Shown here piece by piece: positions 25,171 through 39,404 of a stretch of DNA of 64,000 nucleotides. The number at the start of each line of letters is the position of its first letter. Within the stretch, counting starts at the first letter, position 1. Position numbers and translations under genes: made by a program. A model generated the notes under the pieces. The model saw only the letters and a list, made by a program, of their open reading frames with translations. It searched no databases and was not told the DNA's origin. Source of the stretch: Utricularia gibba. Taxonomy: Eukaryota; Plantae; Magnoliophyta. Location of the stretch: NCBI GenBank assembly GCA_002189035.1, contig CM007992.1, positions 3,286,001-3,350,000 on the forward strand. Reading direction: 5' to 3'.

Positions 25171-27254
25171 CTACCGGTAGGAATCTGGACGCTTGGGCTT
25201 GCTTTGGACCACCTTCTCTATCTTCTCCATCACGGCGGGAGTCAGCAATGGGATGACATTCACCGCCTTCATGTTCTCCTGAATCTGGTGGACAGGGAAT
25301 TTGCAGACAATGTATGAGGGAAGGAGGGGACGTCCACGACGAAGGTAGAGAAAGCTACACAAAGGGTGACTGGATCTTCCATCCGGGGCACGAGAAACAG
25401 GCCCAATGAGCAGAGACATTGTTTCAAGGGAGCAAGGAAGAAATCATGCAGACCTGGGCTACTTTGGTGGCACCGGTGATGACTGTTGAGACATTAGGAT
25501 TTGCAGCACACCATGCGATTGCCAATTGAGATAAAGACACTCCAAGCTCATCAGCTATTGGTTTCAGCCACTCGACTTTCTTTAGTGATTCATCCACCAA
25601 GGACCGGCTTGCAAGATTCTGAGGCAAATACACTTGTTTATGAGGTCTTGGAATCATATGGGGGAAAGAAGATTTGAGGATTTCAAAAGCAGATGCTACA
25701 CCAACGCATGATTCAATTGGTTATACCCAATACTGAAATGATGCCTACGGACTTGTTGAGCTGAATAAGTTCTGTAGCTTACAGGAACATAGAGCCCCAC
25801 AACACAAACATGCCATGATAAAGACACAAACATGATCCAACTAAGTAAACTCTAGTGACCATAAAGACATCAAAACTGAATGGTTATAGATCTAATGTAA
25901 GGAAGAGAAGCAAAAACACCCGAACCTGACAACTAAAGAATGTAAAAGCGCTGAAGGTGTCGAGAAAGGAGATGGAAACAACAAAGGAAACAGAGGGCAC
26001 AAAACTGGTGAGTTACCTTATAATTTTCCAAGGCAAAACGACTATCCGGTGGAATGTTCCCTGAGTTATATTTTCCGGTGAGAACCCTGAGGCCAGCGGA
26101 CTCCAAGTTGTGAGCCCAAGGCCATAGTTAGTATACAGAGGTAGATATTCAGATTCAACCTGGAAGAGTTTGGAAAAAGAAATCAAATTACGGCACTTGG
26201 TGCATTTGGGGTCATGTTTTGCAACCCACAACCAAATATGCACCAAAGAAAGACAAAAAAACCAGAAAGGAAAACAAGGGGCATCGGCCTGTTCCTTAAA
26301 CCAAAGACTGAGTATTGACTCTTCTGAGATGTTTTTCTTCTTACCTTAATGGCATCAAGTCAACTTTCAAGTTTGGCACAATTACAATACCTACTCATCT
26401 ATAGACTGACCTTCCGAGAAAAATCCAAACCCACCCACAAAGAGCGAACTTCACATCTTTTCCTCTCGAGAATGAAAGCACACAATTTCAAGATAACATG
26501 CATGTTCCCAGAATCCTGATGCTTCGGTTTCCATACATAACTAAAAAATCCAAAAACCGTAGGAAAAGAATCCAAAAAGATGCCAAATGAAGGCGGTTTG
26601 CAAGCTAAACTTCGGAAACATAAAAAACTTCTTGGAAAATAAACAAAAAACATCGAAAGCAAATGAAATTTAAATAGTTCCAGGAAACTACCCTTGTTCT
26701 AGAGAAGAGATTGTACTCAGGTTGTTCAACAATCGGCCCCACAAGATCAAGCCTTTCAGCAATACCCCAAGCCTCGGTAATCTGCTGAGCACTCCACTCA
26801 CTGGTACCCCAATAATAAGCCCACCCCTGATCAATCACATGGTTCATGGCTCTCACAGTTTCCTCGATGGGGTGGTGGTGTCGGGGCGATGGCAAAACAG
26901 GACATCCACATACTCCATATCCAGTCTCTTCAAACAACTCTTAGTCCCTTCGAGTATATGCTTCCTAGATAAACCCTTATCATTGGGGCCAGATCCGCCC
27001 CAGAAGATCTTCGTCGACACGACAATATCAGATCTCTTCCACCCCAGCTCCTTTATCGCCTGACCCATGATCTCCTCCGCCCGGCCGTTGGCGTAAACCT
27101 CGGCGTTGTCGAAGAAATTAACGCCGTTGTCACGGCAGCATTGGAGGATAGTTTTCGCATCCTTGACATCCAACTGGTTCCCAAAAGTCACCCAGGCGCC
27201 GAAGGAGAGCTGGGAAACCCTCAGGCCGGATCTCCCCAGGTTATTGTACTCCAT
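25171..27254 (-). CDS. KAB1: Voltage-gated K+ channel beta subunit (aldo-keto reductase fold), 4 exons, two apparent -1 frameshifts
   Basis: [62 protein letters not shown] and TWSPLASG. Exons 27254-26692, 26159-26017, 25618-25454 and 25284-25171. With +1 at 26869-72 and 26085-87 the protein is 328 aa, the length recalled for plant KAB1. Confidence 0.93.
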
Positions 27255-28259
27255 CGACACCTCCTCCTCTTCTTCTCCAAACTGTAGACTCCAAGAAATC
27301 CGAATGTTGTCTCCTGGAATGGAATGTCAGGACGGCATTGGAGCCGTGATTCCTTTCTTCTTCAATACTTTTAAAAGCTTTGACACGTGGCAGATATTTT
27401 AACGTCATTTTTTAATTATATTATAATTAATAATATATGTGAATTATAAATGTTATTTTATTAAAATTTAAAATTGTGTTGATAAAAAGTTAAATAATTT
27501 TAAAAATATGGTTAAAAAGTCATCCCATGAAACTCTTACCATCATACACCTTGATAATCTATTATCCTATATTTTTAACGTTTCATTTACATTTGTACAT
27601 ATTTTTTAAAACTTTAAATCTTGTCATTGAAAAAAAATTTGTTATAAAAATTAATACAAAGTATATTTAAATAAATTTAAATATGTTAAATGCGTTTTTC
27701 GTCAATAAAAAAATGTATTTTATGTTAAGATCATTTTGAAAAATAAACATTTTTATACTATTTCTCAAATACACTAAATTAAAAAATTTACATTGTGAAT
27801 GATCATTTTTCTAACACAATGTCTGACATTGTCATATTTCTAATTCATACTTTTTATGTTAATGCAATTCTACATCCCTAAACTATACTTTATTAAATAA
27901 TTAATTCCTTAAATGCCAATAGATTGGACGCCTACGCAGGTTTTAATATCATTAATAGCCCGGTGGATTACCCGAATTGACCGTCTATTAACAACTCATC
28001 ATGAACGTTAATTTTATTCTATTTTTAAAAAAGAAAAAGAAAAGAAAATTGATTGGTGTTTATGAAAACGCACAATTTTCCATCTCGTTGCACTGCAGCC
28101 GCACCCGCGTCGGACTCGGGAAAGCGGAAGGGAGGAAAGCATTCCATGTGGGGCTGACGCGGGCTACAATTAATAGTGAATTAAACTCCTAGACAGGGAC
28201 TTTGACGTTGAAAAATGCTCATTACCTCCATCTTAAGACACTCTTTGGTCCGTGTGCCC

Positions 28260-28810
28260 GCTCCTTTTCGAGACCCGTCGGATAACTCGACCCGAACCCG
28301 GTTTCGTTGAATTAATAAATATCTTGTTTATATAATCGCTCATCGTAAATATAGGATTCAGTTGCCATCGGTTCGAGATATTTAGAATCTAAAAACATTT
28401 ATCAGTCATTATGGAAATTTTAAAAACATTTAAAATAACGATAAGCTTCTCAAATACCCTCAACGCATGTGGATGCTTGGGAAATATCTTTATTCTTAGG
28501 ATTATTTTTATACATCATTAACAATCGTTATGGAAATCTGAAAAATAGTCTAATGAAACATAAATATCCATAATGATTCATTAGGTGTTTCGAAATTAAT
28601 ATCTATTTTTTAAAACACACAGTTCAAACTGAAACTATCTGATTTCGATTCTTGTTTGATTCAATATTTTCTGTTTCAATTTTGAATCAAAATCATGCGA
28701 ATTGGTTCGGATTCTGATTTCGGTTTTGGTTTCAGTTCGGCTCAAAGTTTAAAAATACGATTTCGAAGTCAATAGCAAACTGTGGTTTACGAACCGACGG
28801 TTATAATAAA
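28260..28810. mobile_element. Putative non-autonomous DNA-transposon remnant related to 24260-24870
   Basis: GACCCGAACCCGG at the left end and GGTTCGG/TTCGGTTTTGGTTTCAGTTCGG/AACCGACGGTT at the right; shares an internal block with the 24.3-24.9 kb element. Confidence 0.4.
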
Positions 28811-29339
28811 CAGTTCTCCTAGGAACAAATCTCAACTCTATTCTCAAGTTAGGGGCGGGGGTCTCACACGTGGGTGGTGCTCGGTGGAGAAAAAGCGCAA
28901 CGTCCCGGACCTACCGAGTACCGACCTCCTCTCCAGTCTTCCAAACCCTTAAAAAATGGAACCTCATGACATACTCCTGTCCCACATCGACTCTGCAACA
29001 ATCCATTTGGGTATTAAATAAAATGTTTTTTAAAAATATAAAACCTTCTGTATGATTAGAAACTTACAATCTTTTGAAACAATTTTTCCTGGAAGTTCAC
29101 TTTTTAAATCAAATGGAAACCCATTTTTTTTCAAAATTCGAAAACATTGGTGTAGAAAGGGTTTGAGAATGTGAAGAAAAAAGGACAGACGGCGAAATCA
29201 TCCACACTCGCAATTACTGCCGCCGAGACTCGCGGCGGTGGGGAACCAGCTCAGCCCCCCGAGGACCACCTAATGCCCTAAAAACTCTTTGACTATTTTA
29301 ACCCTCCTAAAAATCCTCACACTTAAAATTTATTTATAT

Positions 29340-29530
29340 TTTTCAGAAATAAAAATAGTTTTATTTTATAATATTTTTACTGTAAAAGTAATTCTATTAA
29401 AAACACTTTTAAAATTATAATTACAAAAATTATTTTTAGAAAAGTAAGAAATTGATTACTTTTATTTTTTATTTCTATTTTTCAAAATTATTTTTAAAAA
29501 GTAAAAATATGTTTTAAAATTTTCCAGAAC
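29340..29530 (-). repeat. AT-rich dispersed repeat, copy 2 (inverted relative to 3365-3560)
   Basis: The reverse complement reads GTTCTGGAAAATTTTAAAACATATTTTTACTTTTT...AAAAATAATTTTTGTAATTATAATTTT and is colinear with 3365-3560. Confidence 0.55.
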
Positions 29531-30081
29531 AGTATTTAATTCCCAATTCAAAAATTATACAAATAATCCCAATTAAGCCCCTAAACTCAAAATTCTTCGT
29601 CAAATAACGAGTTTAATTGAGTTTCATTGGTCGGCGTAGGGTATGATGGTGGGGACGTCCACACCTTTCCTTTTCCCAGCGTTTTATTATGGAGCGGGGG
29701 ATTTTTCTCCCATTCCTCAGTTCAATATTAAATGCCTTTTGTTTTATTATTTATCTTGTTGGGTGAGTAAACAAAAAATAATGAAGAAATATTTAATGAA
29801 TTTGTGTATTTCTAGAGATACTATTTATTGCACCTCCCTACCTTTTTTTCCCTTTTTAATAAATATTTTCCTAATTATTTACTTTTTTAGTATTTAGCAT
29901 CTTTCTATTAATTTGCATACAGATAAATAAAAAAAACCGTTATTCAATTTATGTGTTTGGTATGTAGATATACGGTTCATGTATAAATATGTGTAGGTAT
30001 TAATATTATACTTTCATATAAATCTAGTAATATTAAACATATATACGAACACATAAAAATATTATAAAAATTAATAAAATA

Positions 30082-30107
<26 letters not shown>
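30082..30107. repeat. (AT)13 microsatellite upstream of the pectate lyase
   Basis: Perfect AT dinucleotide run. Confidence 0.9.
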
Positions 30108-30112
<5 letters not shown>

Positions 30113-30591
30113 ATCTTAATGTTTAATTTAATATTATGATATAAATGTATTTTTTAAAATAAATAAAATTTGGATGCTATAATTTTGTTACCTAAATTAT
30201 TATTTAATCATCAAAATCAAGATTCAATAAATGAAATAATTTCGATTACTATTTAAAATATTTATAAATTAAACAAAATCAATTCAAAAATAGTATTTAC
30301 CAAAATGAAGGTATATCAGGGTGGGAGGATATGGAGCACGTGACGGGCACGTGCAGCTTACTACTGTTGGTGAATGAATTAACCAGGGTGGAAGGGTAAC
30401 CAAATACAGCGGTTAGTGAACGGCCGTTAGGGTTAACGTTCTCTTCTGGTTCTGAGTCTTCTCTCTCTGTCAGTCTATAAAACCAAGCAGTGCTCGCAGT
30501 GGCCGTTACAAGTGGCGGACCCTCGTTCCTCAGTCTTGTCTCTGCTTTGCTTCTTTCTCTCTGTTCAGAAAGAAGCGGGGTTGCGTTGACA

Positions 30592-33463
30592 ATGGCGGTG
30601 TTCGTCGAGAGGCGGCGGCACTGGGCTTTCACGCCTGCTTTGGCTTTTCTCGCCCTCGCTGTGATTTGTGTTGCCGTTGTTGATGGAGATCACGGTGATG
30701 GATCCCTGATTTCGAGGTTTTTGTTTTTCGACTAGCACATTTTACGAGTGGTTTCTATGTTGCTCGGCGGTTTTCTTGTTTTGCTCTGTCTTTGCTGAAA
30801 CGTCATTGTTGTTCTTTTGTTGCCGTTTGAATCTGCAGTAGATTAGAGGACGAGAAGTTGCAGAGGTCTACGAACTCAACATTTTCCGCAATGTAAGTAA
30901 AACGGTCGGTGTTTTGATTCGAGGTTTGGCCCTCAGATCTTCATCCCCAACTCATGACTCTACATATTCCCCAATGCATCTTGACCGTTTCCTTCATTAT
31001 CACCAAATTCTCCACCGATTCGCCTCCCAATAAACGCCTCCGCTAAAATGCACTTTACAAACAGAGGCTCTTCTCTCTGGGGGATGCCGGCGTCGTAATC
31101 GTGACGCCGGTTAAATCAAGAGGGGTTTAATGATTTGATTCTCTTCTTCTTTTTTTTTTTTGTTTCAATCTCCCACTTTTAAGACCGGCTTTGACTGGTG
31201 ACTTGGATGTCTAGTGAAGGAATATAATACTGTTATTATGGCTACTTTTTAATATCTTCCTCCAAATCCCTTTACAGTGATGCGCTCCGGCGACTGTTTG
31301 TTTTCTTAACGCCAATTGTTACCATTATCTTAATGTGTCCGTTCCACAAGTGAATTTTGCCGCTGTCGGTGGCTGCTAGCTGACACCCCATGTGAAAGTT
31401 ATTACCAGAGTTGCTTCCATTTTCAAGTTTCATTCTCTTCTCCCCCCTTTTTGTGTTTTCTTTCTTACTTTACACCAAGGGTTCCTCCCCCAAAGGGGGT
31501 CCCCCTCTTGGGCTTTTAACCTGTCTAAAACTGTAGAATATTAAACTCTACTCGATAAAATTCGGCGAGTTTGGTGCGTCATTAATGCTTGATGGGGATT
31601 GTGGTTGTTGTTCAGGTCGAAAGGAATTGATGAGGATGAAGCTTTTAATGAACATGCTGTGCATGACCCCGAAGCGGTTGCAAGGATGGTCGAAATGTGG
31701 GTGATTCTCTTTTTTCTCTTCCCATCTTTCTTTTTCCATCTTTTTCTTTTAAGTGGAGTGAACTGACTCTGTGAATTCAGAAGCTTTTGGTTTTAAAATC
31801 ATAAATGGTTTACAAACATGTGGTGTGTGATGCTGCTGGTAAGCTTTTAATATTTTTCAACTAGAGGTCTTGTGGAGTATTCAATGCCGCCGCTGCATCA
31901 GTACCAGATCTATAGAAATCGTATTCCGTACATGTCCTCCTCGATTTTTTTTGTTTATTGCTTCAAATTATTCTGTTTTTTGTCACGGAAAGGTGAATCA
32001 TGCTCTTGTTACTTTGCTTCCAACAAAGAAAAAGTGTCTATAGGGATAACACTCGAGTTTCATGTCGGATGAGCAGTGCATAACATGAAATTCTGCAACT
32101 TCTTTACAGGACCATCAGCAACAGCACTGAGAGGAGAAAGCTGGGATTTTTTCTTGTGGAACCGGTAACCCCATTGATGATTGCTGGCGCTGTGATCCCA
32201 ATTGGCACAGGAACCGCAAGCGGCTAGCAGACTGTGGTATTGGTTTCGGCCGCAACGCGATCGGTGGCCGAGATGGACGTTTCTATGTTGTTACTGATCC
32301 TGGTGATTATGATCCTGTTAATCCTAGACCTGGAACCTTGCGCCATGCTGTTATCCAAAGCAGGCCTCTCTGGATCGTTTTCCAAAGGGATATGGTTATA
32401 ACATTGAAGCAGGAGCTGATCATGAATAGCTTCAAGACTATAGATGCACGTGGAGTCAATGTTCACATCGCCAATGGAGCATGCATCACTATCCAATTTG
32501 TCACCAACATCATTATTCATGGGTTGCACATCCATGACTGCAAGAGAACTGGTAATGCTATGGTCCGGAGTTCGCCTTCACATTATGGTTGGAGAACCAT
32601 GGCTGATGGGATGCCATTTCGATCTTCGGTTCGAGCCATATTTGGGTTGACCACAATTCATTGTCTAACTGCGCTGATGGTCTTGTGGATGCTATCATGG
32701 GTTCCACAGCCATTACCATCTCGAATAATTACCTCACTCACCACAATGAGGTAACTTATTCTCCTGGTTCGTTCATACTTGTTGTGAAACAGAATACTAT
32801 ACTACTCTATTCTTATGTATATTTGATTTATGGAGCAGGTTATGCTCTTGGGACATAGTGATTCCTACCTTAGAGACAAGCAAATGCAGGTGACGATCGC
32901 GTTCAACCACTTTGGTGAGGGGCTCATTCAGCGAATGCCGAGGTTTTTATCTGACACACCACAGTTCTGATACCGAATAATTTATTATAAATTTGTGTGT
33001 GAGCTGATGCAAAATGTTGTAAATCTTTAGGTGTAGACATGGATACTTCCATGTGGTGAACAACGACTATACCCACTGGGAGATGTATGCCATTGGTGGA
33101 AGTGCAAATCCCACTATTAACAGCCAAGGAAACAGATACCTTGCTCCAACCAATGCATTTGCAAAAGAGGTATTCATTGCAAACGCCCTTGGCAAAGCAT
33201 CTGTGTAAAATGATTTGGATCCTGATTTTTTCCTTCATCAGGTGACTAAGAGAGTTGATACAGCAGAAAGTCAGTGGAAGGGCTGGAATTGGAGATCAGA
33301 GGGAGACTTGATGCTAAATGGAGCCTACTTCACTCCATCCGGAGCTGGCGCTTCAGGAAGCTATGCCAGAGCTTCAAGCCTGAGTGCGAAGTCTTCTTCC
33401 ATGGTCGCATCCATCACTTCCGGTGCCGGTGCTCTTGGTTGCCGCCGAGGCCGTCAATGCTAA
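30592..33463 (+). CDS. Pectate lyase (PL1/PLL family), 7 exons, two apparent -1 frameshifts, about 455 aa
   Basis: Exons 30592-30716, 30839-30892, 31616-31696, 32110-32750, 32839-32942, 33031-33169 and 33242-33463. Motifs [47 protein letters not shown] and [16 protein letters not shown]. Needs +T at 32137-42 and +G at 32608-10. Confidence 0.93.
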
Positions 33464-34289
33464 CGGTACAAAACCACCACACCTAACTCCTCAAAAACCT
33501 AAACCCAAGTGTCGTTTGCTTTTCTTGATGTTTTTTAGTCCATTCCAGCAAGTATAGCTCAACACCCCATCCAGTCCGAGCTTCATCTCTTCATATTGGG
33601 TAACCACTGTTTCTTTTTTTTTTTTTTTTGGTTTTACAAAAAGTACACCCCATTACAAACCACTTCCCATGTTGCTCAACCTCTGCTCCTGCTTCAGTCA
33701 TCAAAAAGAAACCAAATCCTAGCCGTTGCAGAAGTGTTGTTCCAACTCTCCCTTTTTATTTCCCCTTCAATTATACCTTTTGATTTGTCTATTGTTGTCA
33801 GTCCCAAGTTCTATTTCACAACCAACGCCAGCGTTTTATCCAGTCTGTCGTCTTTTAAAGCCTACTCCTTGTTTTAAGAGTCGTGTGAGGTGGAGAACCA
33901 GAATTGTTCACCTGAAGAAAGTGTAGAAGAAGCAAGTCATGATTGATTTGTTAGGAAGGCTCACCCTTTGTGATTGAAATGAACAGAATCAGATTGTAAT
34001 CCAGAGGAGGATCTGTCTTCTGGTTTGGTGATCAATGTATATCATTGTCGTCTATATACTGTCTGGTTCATGATATGACAAAAGGGCAATCAGTCCCTTG
34101 CTCCTTGCTATCTTCTGATTAAGATCACAAATGCAGCAGAAATTGTCATATGGTCGAGAAGCCTACTGGCAATCTCGACTTCTGTACCATTCATAGCAGA
34201 GGTGGGTGGGTGGGTGATGGGGGAATGGAATGTTGGGAAACATGTGATATGTACAGCTGGGCTCCGGCCAGAGAGATGCTGGTATAAGC

Positions 34290-35832
34290 TCAGTCCATGG
34301 CGGATGATATGCAGGAAACAGGAAGGGCCCAAAGGGACTGAGCCTTCTGCAGGGTGAACCCAAATTTCTCCTCCATGTCCATGTCTTCTTCCAGCTTCCA
34401 GTCGAAGGAATTCAACAGGGAGCCCAACATCACCGGCACCATTCTATTCGCCAACGGCTGCCCGGGGCAAGATCGGCGTCCGCCGCCAAAAGGGATCAGC
34501 TCGAAATCATGACCGGCTTCCGATTCCAGGAACCGCTCCGGTTTGAACTTTAGGGGATCTAGCCAGGTGCTTGGGTCTCTTCCGATGGCCCAAACGTTGA
34601 TCATAACGTGCGTATTTTTAGGCACCGTGTAGCCGAAGACTTGCTCATCCTTGTCCACGGTGCGGTGGATCAGCGGCGCCGGTGGGTGAAGCCTAAGCGT
34701 TTCCTTGACGATGCACCGGAGATAGGGAAGGTTGGGGATGTCGGATTCTTTGACGGCATTTCCCTTTCCGATCACCTTTTCGAGCTCATCTTTGACTTTA
34801 GACAGAGTCTCGGGCTCCTGAGTGTCTCCGCCATCGCCCACTCCATCGTGCTCGACGTTGTGTCGGTTCCAGCGACGAAAAGATCCTACGAGAACACGCA
34901 ACGTCTTCAGTAAACAATTTTCTGAAACATCAGAGCGGAATATTTACCAGGCAGAGGTGCAGGATGTGATTCATGTCGAGTTCATGAGGACTTTCTCTGC
35001 TCATCGTGAGGAGACTATCGATCACATCCTCGCTGCATATGGTCCCCGGAGTGCTCTTCTGCTCCAATCTTTCATCAATCAGTACTCTGCAATCGTTTAT
35101 GACCTTCTCGTAATAGCCAGTCAGGCGATGTCTGACGCCCTGTGGATCAATCTTTTCCAGAAATGGAAAGAAGTCGACCAGGTTGGGTTTTCCGATCTCC
35201 TCCATGATTTTCACGACCAGTTCCTTGAATTCCTTGGCGGAATCAGAGAACGGATCCGTCAGATTCATCGAGAAGATGGTGTTGGAGAGCAGATTCAGGG
35301 CCGTCCTGAATGCAGCTCGACCCACATTCACAGGGACGCCGCTCTCACAACATTTCCGGCAGTAAGTGATCAGCTCCTGCACATTCTTCACTCGGAGATG
35401 TTGACACGCTCCGATGCGGTTAGCGGAGAAGAAATTCGAGTTGAGAAGCTTGCGTAAACACTTCCACTGCGGCGCCACCGGAAGCCACCCTACAGAGTAC
35501 TTGTAATGATCGAGAGCTACGACGGCGTCCGTTATCGGGCGGTTAGAAAACCGAAGGTCCTGCTTCTGCATCACTTCCTTGGCCGCCGCGGCGGAGGAGA
35601 AAACTACCGAATCACTGAAACCGAGCCGCATATACATCACCGGGCCGTGAACCTCCGCCAGCCGAGCCAGCGACTGGTTCGGGTTCTTGCCCAGGAGATG
35701 GATGCTCCCGATCAAAGGTAGCGGCTTTGGACCCGGAGGGAGCCTTCTCTTGACCCGATTCGGAAAAACTTTCACGACCCGGATCAACACGAGAACGATG
35801 AGAAAGCCGACGACCGCCGTGACGACTTCCAT
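34290..35832 (-). CDS. Cytochrome P450, CYP76 family, copy 1 (one apparent -1 frameshift in exon 2)
   Basis: Exon 1 35832-34948 (885 nt), 62-nt intron, exon 2 34885-34290. Motifs LPPGPKPLP, DLFVAGTDTTSS, ETLR, PERF and FGGGRRSCPG. The sequence AGCCCGAG at about 34811 lacks one G relative to AGCCCGGAG in copy 2. Confidence 0.88.
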
Positions 35833-35879
35833 GTCCACCGAGGAGAAGAATTAAATTCCCCCTCCCTAAGCGTTTGTCG

Positions 35880-35885
35880 CATATG
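35880..35885. promoter_or_regulatory. E-box CATATG in the proximal promoter of CYP76 copy 1
   Basis: Context TCGCATATGG is homologous to TCGCACGTGA (copy 2) and TCGCATGTGA (copy 3). Motif presence only. Confidence 0.3.
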
Positions 35886-37727
35886 GCCGTCAAGATTGGG
35901 CAGCCTCGGAAATCTATGTGCCAGCAGCCGTTACACACAGGTTTTTCTAAATGAATATTAATTATTATATTATTTGTAAAACAAAAAGAATTCTCATTTT
36001 CTTAGGGTGGACAATGAATCCTCAATCCTATATAACATTTTCTTCTAAAAATATAGAATATAAAATCATAATCAATGATTATGATTTGAAATGAATAATA
36101 TTATATAAAAATATATATCGTAATCTTTAGTATCAGAACTAAATTGACGAAACAATGTGTTAATACGAAAATGACAAGGCATGTGAATGTCGCAAGAATA
36201 TATGCTAAGCAAGATGGCAAGGTCATAATGATAACCATAAAATTAATTGGATAATGAGGCTCTATACAATAATTTCACTTTTGTGGGATTCATATCCCTA
36301 TCTTTCATGAGATTCTGCAAAACAATCTTGAAACTAAAAATGGTAAAAGGTAAGAATGAGGGATGGTGATGTCATGCCTACTTGTTAAAGGAATAAAGTG
36401 TAATTTTATCACCTCTCATATACCAGTCTCAACCTCAAATATTAGAGTAATGATCTATAAGATAGAAAATTCATGTGTGTAGTCAAAATCATTTTTTGAT
36501 ATCTCCCAATGTTGAATAGTGATTGATATAATTTGAACTCGATAGCCATAGGTTGAATGCAAATATTGCGTATCGTTTATTCAATAAATTTTAATTAGAA
36601 AAATATAAATAATTATAATATAATCATTGATTATAGAAATTTGAGTTTAAATGAAAGGTAAAGCTTTCAAGCATATTAAAACTGTCACATTTTTTAAAAT
36701 GGTTTGAAAGATACGAAAATAAGAAATAAAACTCAGATTAAATTAATTTCTAATCCGATAACTTTATCTTAAATTAAAACTTCAAAATACATAATTAAAA
36801 ATATATAAAATAACATTTAACATATTTACTCATGCTTATCACAATTATCCTCAAGTATAAAAATCATATCAATCTATGATAGAAACAAAATCTAAGACAT
36901 TACATAACAATTCATGTATGCTTATTGACCCACAATTTCGTCAAACAAAAATTGCCTTTGGCACCCTTAATTTTTTTTATCCTGTTTTTCATCTTAATCA
37001 CAATAAGAAAAAAAAAAGAGAATTATACATGACAGTTCATAGTTGATCATGGTATGTATCTCTTGGTAAGGCATGTAATAAAAGATTGATATTTAGACAA
37101 AGATAACTTTGTAGTATTTCTTAACATTACAAGAGATTCAAAAACCTGAGCCTGATCAGTTCTAGAGTCCTAATATCTAATCATGGAAGTAAATAATACT
37201 CAAGACAGCTTCACAAAAGAAAACTAGAATAATTACTAATAAAAACATAAATAAAACGTAAATCTTTAATATAAATAAATATTTAAGATAAATTGTTAAT
37301 AAAAATATAAACAAGAATAAAATACAAAGAAAAAATAACTAAAGTATATTACTAATAAAAAATATTAAAAAAAGATAAATAACAAATACATTAAAATAAA
37401 AAAGTAAATGATTAATAAAATAAGTCATGTTTTACAAAATGACATGGTACAACACCACCACACCCAACTCGTGAGAAAACTAAACCCAAGTATGGTTTGA
37501 TTTTTTAAATGTTTTTGTTTTAAAAGCCAAATATACAATAAACGTATATCATATTAAAAATGATTAAATTCAATTAATTATTAAAATTTATAATATTTTT
37601 TATACATTGATGTGATATTTGTTTGTTCTAATAATCCCTTCTTCTTCTTCTCGTTGTCTCCGTTTATGATTGAAATGAACAGAATCAAACAGTAATCCAG
37701 AGGAGAATGTGTCTTCTGGTTTGGAGA

Positions 37728-39342
37728 TCAATGTATATCATTGTCGTATATCTTGCTCCTTGTTATCTTCTGATTATGATTACAAATGCAGCAGAACTTG
37801 TCCATGGGGGATGATGTGCAGGAAACTGGAAGGGCCCAAAGGGGCTTATCCTTCTGCAGGGTGAACCCAAACTTCTCCTCCATGTCCATGTCTTCTTGGA
37901 GCTTCCAATCGAAGGAATTCAGCAGGGAGCCCAACATCACCGGCACCATTCTAGTCGCCAGCGGTTGCCCGGGGCATGTTCGGCGTCCGCCGCCAAAAGG
38001 GATCAGCTCGAAATCATGGCTGGTTTCCGATTCCAGGAACCGCTCCGGTTTGAACTCTAGTGGATCTGGCCATGAGCTGGGGTCTCTTCCGATGGCCCAA
38101 ACGTTGATTATAACATGCGTGTTTTCGGGCACTATGTAGCCGAAGACTTCCTCGTCTTTGTCCACGGTGCGGTGTATCAGGGGCGCCGGTGGGTGGAGCC
38201 GAAGCGTTTCCTTGACGATGCACCGGAGATAGGGAAGGTTCGGGATGTCGGATTCTTTGACGGCATTTCCCTTTCCGATCACCTTTTCGAGCTCCGCTCT
38301 GGCTTTGGTCATGATCTCCGGGCTCCTGAGTGTCTCCGTCATCACCCACTCCATCGTGCTCGATATCGTGTCGGTTCCAGCGACGAAAAGATCCTACGAG
38401 AACACGCAATCTCTTCATCTGTAAACAGTTCACTGCAACATCAGGGCTGAGTTTTACCAGGCACAGGTGAAGGATGTGAGTCATGTCGAGTTCATGAGGA
38501 CTTTCTCTGCTCATCGTGAGGAGACTGTCGATCACATCCTCGCTGCATATCGTCTCCGGAGTGTTCTTCTGCTCCAGTCTTTCATCAATCAGTACTCTGA
38601 AATCGTTTATGACCTTCCCGTAATAGCCAGTCAGGCGACGTTTGACGCCCTGTGGATCAATCTTTTCCAGAAATGGAAAGAAGTCGACCACGTTCGGTTT
38701 TCCGATCTCCTCCGTGATTTTCACCACCAGTTCCTTGAATTCCTTGGCGGAATCGGAGAACGGGTCCGTCAGATTCTTCGAAAAAACGGTGTTGGAGAGC
38801 AGATTCAGGGTCGTCCTGAACGCAGCTCGACCCACATTCACAGGGACGCCCCTCTTGCAACATTTCCGGCAGTAAGTGATCAGCTCCTGCACATTCTTCA
38901 CCCGGAGATGTTGACACGCTCCGATGCGATTAGCCGAGAAGAAATTCGAGTTGAGCAGCTTGCGTAAACACTTCCACTGCGGCGCCACCGGAAGCCACCC
39001 TACAGAGTACTTGTAATGATCGAGAGCTACGACGGCGTCCGTTATCGGGCGGTTAGAGAACAGAAGGTCCTGCTTCTGCATCACTTCCTTGGCCGCCGCC
39101 GCAGAGGAGAAAACTACCGCATCGCTGAAGCCCAGTCGCATGTACATCACCGGGCCGTGAACCTCCGCCAGCCGAGCCAGCGACTGGTTCGGGTTCTTGC
39201 CCAGGAGATGGATGCTCCCGATCAAAGGTAGCGGCTTTGGACCCGGAGGGAGCTTTCTTTTGACCCGATTCGGAAATACTTTCACGACCCGGATCAACAC
39301 AAGAGCGACGAGGAAGCCGATGACCGCCGTGACGAATTCCAT
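37728..39342 (-). CDS. Cytochrome P450, CYP76 family, copy 2, intact
   Basis: Exon 1 39342-38458 (885 nt), 64-nt intron, exon 2 38393-37728. Motifs DLFVAGTDTISS, ETLR, PERF and FGGGRRTCPG. Confidence 0.93.
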
Positions 39343-39404
39343 GTCTGCCGGAGAAGAGGATTCCCATCTCCCTTTAAGCATAAAACAACACAAAGGGTTG
39401 CTCG

